Positions 58,149 through 64,000 of a stretch of DNA of 64,000 bases are shown one piece after another. Numbering within the stretch: position 1 is the first letter of the stretch; every line of letters starts with the position of its first letter. Below the pieces are notes generated by a model. It worked only from the letters and a program-made list of their open reading frames with translations. It was not told the DNA's origin and searched no databases. Position numbers and translations under genes: made by a program. Source of the DNA: a virus; IMG/VR virus record IMGVR_UViG_3300009078_000075, positions 1-64,000 of that record, one strand, 5' to 3'.

Positions 58149-58517
58149 ATGAAAGACTCCCTGGTCGAACAGAAAATTAATGACATATTTGATAAAGCGG
58201 AACAGGTATATGGACGTTCCTTTAATCGTCCTGCCCTTTATTTTACAGAGGGCAAGGCAATGATATTGGCAATGGCTTATGTGAAGTCAAATTATATTAA
58301 TTTCAACCCTTATTTCATGGGGATTGCATTGGAAACCGTGTTGAATGAAACCGTGATTCATGAAGCTGCCCATATTATTGCCCATCAACTTTATGGATGT
58401 AAAGCATTTGGACATTCCCCATTGTGGGCAGGTGTAGCAAGGAAATTAGGATTAGAAAAGCCTCAAAGGATAACCTTAATAGATTTTCCACAAAAATTAA
58501 AACCCATCCGATATTAA
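58149..58517 (+). CDS. SprT-like zinc metalloprotease
   Basis: INFNP...ETVIHEAAH...GHSPLW. Confidence 0.85.
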   Translation: MKDSLVEQKINDIFDKAEQVYGRSFNRPALYFTEGKAMILAMAYVKSNYINFNPYFMGIALETVLNETVIHEAAHIIAHQLYGCKAFGHSPLWAGVARKLGLEKPQRITLIDFPQKLKPIRY

Positions 58518-58786
58518 ATATAGGATATAATTCCCTTCCACAATCCCCTTGAATGATTCAAATACCCCTGGCCCTGATAATGGCCCCCCGGCATGTGATC
58601 GTGCATTTGGAGGGGTCTTCTTGGTAATGTTTTTAATAAAACATTTCTTTGTTCCTTAAATATCTTAATAAAACATATCTTTTACTATATAAAAATTTTA
58701 AATATATGTATATTATAAAATGAATGAATGATTTATTGTTTCTTAAATTTTTTAACCAAAAAAGGGGAGAAATGGGAGAATAATTT

Positions 58787-59737
58787 ATGCCTTGGAAAAT
58801 TGAAAAGATTTCGATTCCGGATCAAAGTGGAAAAACAGTTGATAAAAATATTATCGTTATGGACCCATCGGGGAACCCTGTATGGATTCATGAACATGAT
58901 AAAAAAGAAGTAGGGGTGGATGCCGGACATTATTTTTCAAAGATCCCCGAGTTACTTGAAGAGCAACGGACGTTAAAGAAAAGTAAAAAGGATGTGGATG
59001 ATCAATTGGCCGCTTTGAAAGCATCCTTTGACGGGATTGATGATCCGGTGAAGGCGAAAGAAGCCCTTGACATTATCAAGAATCTTGATGCAAAGAAACT
59101 TGTTGATGCAAAGAAAATAGATGAATTGAAAATGCAATTGAAAGGTGAATATGATCAAGCGTTGCTAAAGGTAACAGGGGAAAATAAAACGATTATTGAA
59201 AAACTTACCGCTGATTTACAGAAGAGTCAATCACATATACATTCCCTTACTATTTCAAATGCTTTTAGAAGCTCAAAGATTTTAAATGGGGAAGACAAGA
59301 AAGTGATTGTCCCCGTTGACATGGCAGAGAAATATTGGGCTGATTATTTTAAACCTACTGAAGTAAATGGTAAATTGGTTCCCGTTGCTTCAATTGGGGA
59401 TAAGCCTATTTATAGTAAAGAGAAACCGGGTGAATTGGCTGATTTTGATGAAGCCATTATGACGATTATTTCTGATTATTGTCCTTTCAAGGAATCGATA
59501 TTGAAAGGAAATCAAAATTCAGGTGGTGGATCAACGGGTGGAGGTAATGGTGGTGGTAATGGAGGGGTGAGGGATATTTCTTCATATAAATCTGATGCCG
59601 ATTTTAAAACCCCTAAAGAAAAGCAGGAATACATTACAAAATACGGTCTTGACAAGTTTCAAGGGCTGGTAAGGGCTGGAAGGTCCTCTCGTGTTTCTGA
59701 CATGAAGAAGGCGGGACAGGCCCCTTTACATAAGTAA
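58787..59737 (+). CDS. Capsid scaffold/assembly protein
   Basis: Coiled coil, PGELADFDEAI, Gly-rich linker; directly upstream of the capsid gene. Confidence 0.75.
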   Translation: MPWKIEKISIPDQSGKTVDKNIIVMDPSGNPVWIHEHDKKEVGVDAGHYFSKIPELLEEQRTLKKSKKDVDDQLAALKASFDGIDDPVKAKEALDIIKNLDAKKLVDAKKIDELKMQLKGEYDQALLKVTGENKTIIEKLTADLQKSQSHIHSLTISNAFRSSKILNGEDKKVIVPVDMAEKYWADYFKPTEVNGKLVPVASIGDKPIYSKEKPGELADFDEAIMTIISDYCPFKESILKGNQNSGGGSTGGGNGGGNGGVRDISSYKSDADFKTPKEKQEYITKYGLDKFQGLVRAGRSSRVSDMKKAGQAPLHK

Positions 59738-59745
59738 GCGATATA

Positions 59746-59832
59746 AATTCTATTTTTTGAGAGATTTAAAAAATAGGATTAAAGTTTTAAGGGAGATCCT
59801 AATAAGGTATGCTGTTCGGGAGATCCAGCAGC
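59746..59832 (+). promoter_or_regulatory. Three hairpins with GAGAT loops in the capsid leader
   Basis: CTATTTTTTGA-GAGAT-TTAAAAAATAG; AAGG-GAGAT-CCTA; GCTGTTCGG-GAGAT-CCAGCAGC. Confidence 0.6.
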
Positions 59833-59872
59833 TGGTTTTTTACATTTTTTCATTTTTAAAAAGGAGTTAAAA

Positions 59873-60901
59873 ATGAACGCTGGATTTTATATTCGTCGGA
59901 TTCCAAAGGCCGCTGGTACTGCAAGCGATTTTAAAGTTTATCATGAACAGTTTTATGGTGGAATGTATGAAGAGCTTTCACAGGAAGTTGATATTTTTAA
60001 TGTTGCTTCCCGGAACACCATCCGATTGATCACCCAGGATCAGCTCGGTGATTATGAGAAAGAATCATTTTTTGATAGGGTTTCGAGTTTGGTTACTCGT
60101 AGGGATACCACTTCTGTTTCAGCTGCTACTTCTCAAAAAATGACTCAAGGAGAAATTGTTGGCGTAAAGGTTAATCGTAAGATTGGCCCCGTTGATGAAA
60201 CGCTTGACGCCTGGGAAAAAGTTGGGAAATATGGTGAAGAGGCCCAGAAGGAAATGAGTTTTCAGCTCGGAAAACAGATCGGTGAGGAAATTGCTCATGA
60301 TATGGTGGAATCAAGCATTAACTGTATTGAGGCGGCTCTTTCAGGGCAGGCTGACAATACGTATGATGCTACTGGGCAGACTACAAAAACCATGACTGTT
60401 ACTCATTTGCTTAATGGTCTTGCAAAAATGGGTGATAAAGCTTCTAAAGTGCTTTGCTGGTTTATGCATAGCAAGCAGTATTTTGATCTTATGAAGCAGG
60501 CTGTTTCCGATAAGATCTATGAGGAAGCGGGTGTTGTGGTGTACGGGGGGACCCCTGGTACCCTTGGACGCCCTTGTGTTGTGGTTGATGCCGATGGGCT
60601 TTATCTCGGTGCCGATTCATTGGATACTACTTATCAGTGTCTGGGTCTTGTTGAAAATGCCGGTATCGTTTGTGAATCCGAGTCAAAACGTCTTGTGGAT
60701 GAGATTGTGACAGGTCTTGAAAACTTGGTTTTCAGGATTCAGGGTGAGTATGCTTATAATCTCAAAATCAAGGGGTTTGCATGGGACACGACCAATGGTG
60801 GGGCCAATCCTACGGAAGCAAGCATTCGGACCGCTACAAACTGGGACAAAGTGTATTCCAGTGCGAAAAATCTTGCTGGTATTCGTATCGTTACTCAGTA
60901 A
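59873..60901 (+). CDS. Major capsid protein
   Basis: 342 aa after scaffold; FNVAS..I.L, WFMHSK.YFDL, TLGRP.VV.D, IKGFAWD...GGANPT...NW. Confidence 0.85.
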   Translation: MNAGFYIRRIPKAAGTASDFKVYHEQFYGGMYEELSQEVDIFNVASRNTIRLITQDQLGDYEKESFFDRVSSLVTRRDTTSVSAATSQKMTQGEIVGVKVNRKIGPVDETLDAWEKVGKYGEEAQKEMSFQLGKQIGEEIAHDMVESSINCIEAALSGQADNTYDATGQTTKTMTVTHLLNGLAKMGDKASKVLCWFMHSKQYFDLMKQAVSDKIYEEAGVVVYGGTPGTLGRPCVVVDADGLYLGADSLDTTYQCLGLVENAGIVCESESKRLVDEIVTGLENLVFRIQGEYAYNLKIKGFAWDTTNGGANPTEASIRTATNWDKVYSSAKNLAGIRIVTQ

Positions 60902-60931
60902 ATTTTATCTCTAAGAAAAGGGGAGAAACTT

Positions 60932-61714
60932 ATGAGATACATTGTTTTTGATAAATGGACAGTAGAGCGGATCGAAAGATCCGCTCTTATTGCCATTGGT
61001 GATTTTTTGAAATCCGAGAATCATTTGGTTGAGTATTTTCCGCCATCATGCCTTTCTTCATGTTTGCCCTCTACTCCAATTGATCAATTAGATGGGGTAT
61101 TTACTTGGGGGGCCAATAATTTATCCGTTATTGATTATTATAAAAAGAATGCTCCGAATGTCCCCATTTATACAGTAGATTCCGGATATTTAAGACGTGA
61201 TTTAATGTATAAATATATTCTTAAAAATGGAAAATTTCCTGTAATTGGGGCTTCTGATGATCGATTTAAAGCACTTGGATTGAAAATAAAGAGCACTTGG
61301 AGTGCCGAAGGACATATCCTTGTTATTGCACAAAATCATCATGAAGAGTGGTATGATCAAACGGTGAAGCAATTAAATAGTATTGTCAAAGATACAAAGG
61401 AAATAAGGATTCGTCCGTATCCCTCTGATGTAAATATAAAAGAGGAATATGGGAAGACTTTAAAAGAAGATTTAAAGGGATGTTTTGCCGTTGTCACATA
61501 CAATTCAGCGTGTCTTTATGAAGCCCTTATAAAAACTATTCCTGTATTTTGTAGTCAAGATTGTCCCGCCTCTATTTTCTGTGAGACAAATTTATATAAG
61601 ATTATGAAGGCTGTTCAATTGGGGGATGATGTTAATCAATTTTTGTATGATGTTGCTTATTCTCAATACACAATGGATGAATTGAGGAAAGGTATTTTTA
61701 CTTCGATTCTTTAA
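60932..61714 (+). CDS. Capsule-polysaccharide/glycosyltransferase-like protein
   Basis: VDSGYL, IRPYP and AVVTYNSA..EAL...IPVF GT-B-like motifs. Confidence 0.5.
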   Translation: MRYIVFDKWTVERIERSALIAIGDFLKSENHLVEYFPPSCLSSCLPSTPIDQLDGVFTWGANNLSVIDYYKKNAPNVPIYTVDSGYLRRDLMYKYILKNGKFPVIGASDDRFKALGLKIKSTWSAEGHILVIAQNHHEEWYDQTVKQLNSIVKDTKEIRIRPYPSDVNIKEEYGKTLKEDLKGCFAVVTYNSACLYEALIKTIPVFCSQDCPASIFCETNLYKIMKAVQLGDDVNQFLYDVAYSQYTMDELRKGIFTSIL

Positions 61715-61735
61715 TTATAAGAAATGGATTAAAAA

Positions 61736-62137
61736 ATGGGGAATGAAGCAGGGATGTCATACAGACATTATTGTTTTAGCGTTTGTTTGGAAACCTTTGC
61801 GATATTGCTAATTGGTACTGCAATTGTTGAGATGCATATTTTACATTTGGCAAATCCCGTTTGTTATCTTACTACAATTGGATCACTTATTTTTTCAATT
61901 GGATCTGGGTATTATGCAAAGATTATTAAATGGAATAGAGCAAAAGAGCAATGTTCAGAATGTAATGGATATATTAAACAAATATTACATTTGAAAAATG
62001 AGGCAATTAAGAAAATAAATTTAAAAATAAAATATGAAGAAAATATATCTCTTTTAAAAGGGTTAATTATGAAGGGACAATTAAAAAATAAAAAATATAT
62101 ATTGCTTTTAAAAAAGTTGATTAAGAAGGGATATTAA
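61736..62137 (+). CDS. Membrane protein (possible holin)
   Basis: Two TM segments and basic tail. Confidence 0.35.
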   Translation: MGNEAGMSYRHYCFSVCLETFAILLIGTAIVEMHILHLANPVCYLTTIGSLIFSIGSGYYAKIIKWNRAKEQCSECNGYIKQILHLKNEAIKKINLKIKYEENISLLKGLIMKGQLKNKKYILLLKKLIKKGY

Positions 62138-62138
62138 A

Positions 62139-62648
62139 ATGGCTGTAACCATTGTTACATCGGTATCAGGGGAAAGTTCAAATTCTTATGCTTCTCTTAC
62201 TGAAATTAATACCTATATTGAAGCTCATCCGTTGTTTTATGCAACTTGGGCGGCATTAACCGATGCTGTAAAAAATACATGGTTAGTGTATGCGACCAGG
62301 GCAATTGACCGGGCATATCGATATAGGGGGGCCCGGTATGATAAGGATCAGGCATTGGAATTTCCACGTTCTATCACTGATGATCATACAGATGAGGGGG
62401 CGATGCCCCAAAAGGTAAAAGATGCACAGGGAGAAATGATCATATACCTCTATAAACACATTTCTTCTGATGATATGTCTCCAGAACAGGAAATTAGTCA
62501 ATTGTCGATTGGTCGAGGGGCATTGTCCCTTGTATTTAAGGATAAACGTGCTGATTTTAAGGCGGGCGGGGGATATCTTGATACTGTTCGATCCCTATTG
62601 AGGGAATGGATAATTAGTGATTCAAATATCGAATTGTTGAGAGGATAA
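62139..62648 (+). CDS. Head-tail adaptor (DnaT-like family)
   Basis: NSYASLTE...ATRAID...QALEFPR...PQKVKDAQ.E. Confidence 0.75.
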   Translation: MAVTIVTSVSGESSNSYASLTEINTYIEAHPLFYATWAALTDAVKNTWLVYATRAIDRAYRYRGARYDKDQALEFPRSITDDHTDEGAMPQKVKDAQGEMIIYLYKHISSDDMSPEQEISQLSIGRGALSLVFKDKRADFKAGGGYLDTVRSLLREWIISDSNIELLRG

Positions 62649-63108
62649 TAAAATGAAAAAAGAACTTGTTATATGTGAAAAAGCTGGTAAATGCAAGGAT
62701 AAACAAATTGATGATGATTTTGTATGCCCTCACTCCGTTGAACATACTCCGAATGGTTGTTGTGATTCATTAAGTTGTTTTATTAACGGACATTTTGAAC
62801 AAGTTAAATGTATAAAAAGTGTCAATAAATAAAATTATTGAAAAATTATTGGAACAGGAAAAAACACATCCTAATCCAATTCATATCGATCTTGAGTCAT
62901 CTCTTCCCGTGTATACAATTTGTGAGGTTATACGGGAAATATATACATTATCTTCTGATGGTGAAATTAAAAATAGATGTATTTTAGTACAGATAATGGC
63001 GAAAAAAATGAGTAGAAAGTTGCAAGAAAATTATAAAAAGGAACATCCTGAATCAAAGGGGGACTGGACCGAGAATAAATTTTTTCCAAAAAAGATTGAG
63101 GATAAATA

Positions 63109-63279
63109 ATGCCAACCATGACTTGTCAAAAAAACGGGAAACCCGGGTATAAGTATGGGGAGCATGGAACGTGTTATACTGGTTCAGGGGGAAAGAGGAA
63201 AGCATTAAAACAAGCGGTGGCAATACATGCTTCAGGTTTTCGTGAAATGAAACATTCAAAGGTGAAAAAGGTTAAATAA
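63109..63279 (+). CDS. Small basic phage protein
   Basis: Hand translation MPTMTCQKNGKPGYKYGEHGTCYTG...ALKQAVAIHAS (56 aa, below the track cutoff). Confidence 0.6.
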   Translation: MPTMTCQKNGKPGYKYGEHGTCYTGSGGKRKALKQAVAIHASGFREMKHSKVKKVK

Positions 63280-63281
63280 AA

Positions 63282-63668
63282 ATGGGACTTGTTAGTGGGG
63301 GATTTGTAAAGGGCATTGTTAATAAATATCTTTCAGATTCTTCTATTACCGTTGCCCTTGTTTATAAAAGTATTACAAATTCATATAGCATCACCACTGC
63401 TGAAAACACAGAAACAGCAACATCCATTTCAGTAAGAGGAATAAGAATTATTTATACAAAAGAAGGTGTTCCTGTATCTGCGGGTGATTTACAGGGAAGG
63501 ACAATTTCATTTTTAATAAGGGAAAAATATTTTTCTGATAATTTAATTACCCCAAAAAAGGGTGATAAAATTACCTATGACGGAATTGATTTTGAAATAT
63601 CTGATTTTGAAAAAACAGTGGTGGGATCAACTGAAATGATGCTTGAATTTAATTGTGTGAAAACATAA
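63282..63668 (+). CDS. Head closure / head-tail joining protein
   Basis: 128 aa beta-rich, TPKKGDKI.YDG..FEI; position in neck module. Confidence 0.6.
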   Translation: MGLVSGGFVKGIVNKYLSDSSITVALVYKSITNSYSITTAENTETATSISVRGIRIIYTKEGVPVSAGDLQGRTISFLIREKYFSDNLITPKKGDKITYDGIDFEISDFEKTVVGSTEMMLEFNCVKT

Positions 63669-64000
63669 GGGGATATAAATGTCAAAAAATCAGAAAATCA
63701 CATTTGAAAAATTAACAGGAAGAACAGATCGATCTGTTATTTTACCTACCCATGCTTTTCCAATGACAAAAATGAGGACTTCAAATGGATTACCCTTTTA
63801 TAGGGTTACTATTGAAGGGGGAACAAGAGACATTCAATATCCCATGATTAAACGATAATGGCCGGTGAGTTTAATGTATCCCTTAAATCAAATTTTCATC
63901 AATTTTTTGAATCCGTTCAAAGGGATCTTAAAAAATTCGATGAAAAGTCTATTGGTATAGCAAAAACCGTTGCAATTCAAGCCCTTTCCGATTTACAATT

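Noticed and set aside
58564-58616. Hammerhead ribozyme (CTGATAA resembles CUGAUGA)
   Set aside because: No GAAA core element and the stem topology does not fit.
1-64000. Alternative genetic code (stop-codon reassignment)
   Set aside because: Long conserved genes translate intact in the standard code with high coding density.

Overview
AT-rich segment of a large tailed dsDNA phage genome. The host is probably Gram-negative, because the window encodes a PagL-like lipid A deacylase. 1-27.7 kb runs on the minus strand. Read in transcription order it holds TerS, intein-containing TerL, portal, a split MuF/toxin cassette and glycosyl/methyltransferases. These are followed by a replication-recombination operon (clamp loader, UvsY-like, SSB, RecA, resolvase, Rad50 half, DpdA-like transglycosylase, beta clamp, UDG-PolA), then sulfotransferase, sigma factors, thymidylate synthase, lytic transglycosylase and a PAPS-reductase-family gene. 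28-58.5 kb runs on the plus strand: SNF2 helicase, primase, putative origin, helicase, queD/queE/queC/folE (7-deazaguanine pathway), tRNA-Lys, nucleotide metabolism and many small accessory genes. From 58.8 kb come scaffold, major capsid and head-tail genes. The most striking non-coding signal is three stem-enclosed 36-nt units (AACCA-N9-AGAAACCCA-N9-AGCC), each behind its own promoter-like motif. Their architecture matches dual-spacer TIGR-type guide RNAs, but I recognised no Tas/Nop gene in the window. Other highlights are two families of repeated promoter motifs, several structured intergenic RNAs and a MuF gene split by a toxin-immunity cassette. All protein calls come from motif recognition by eye, not from database searches.
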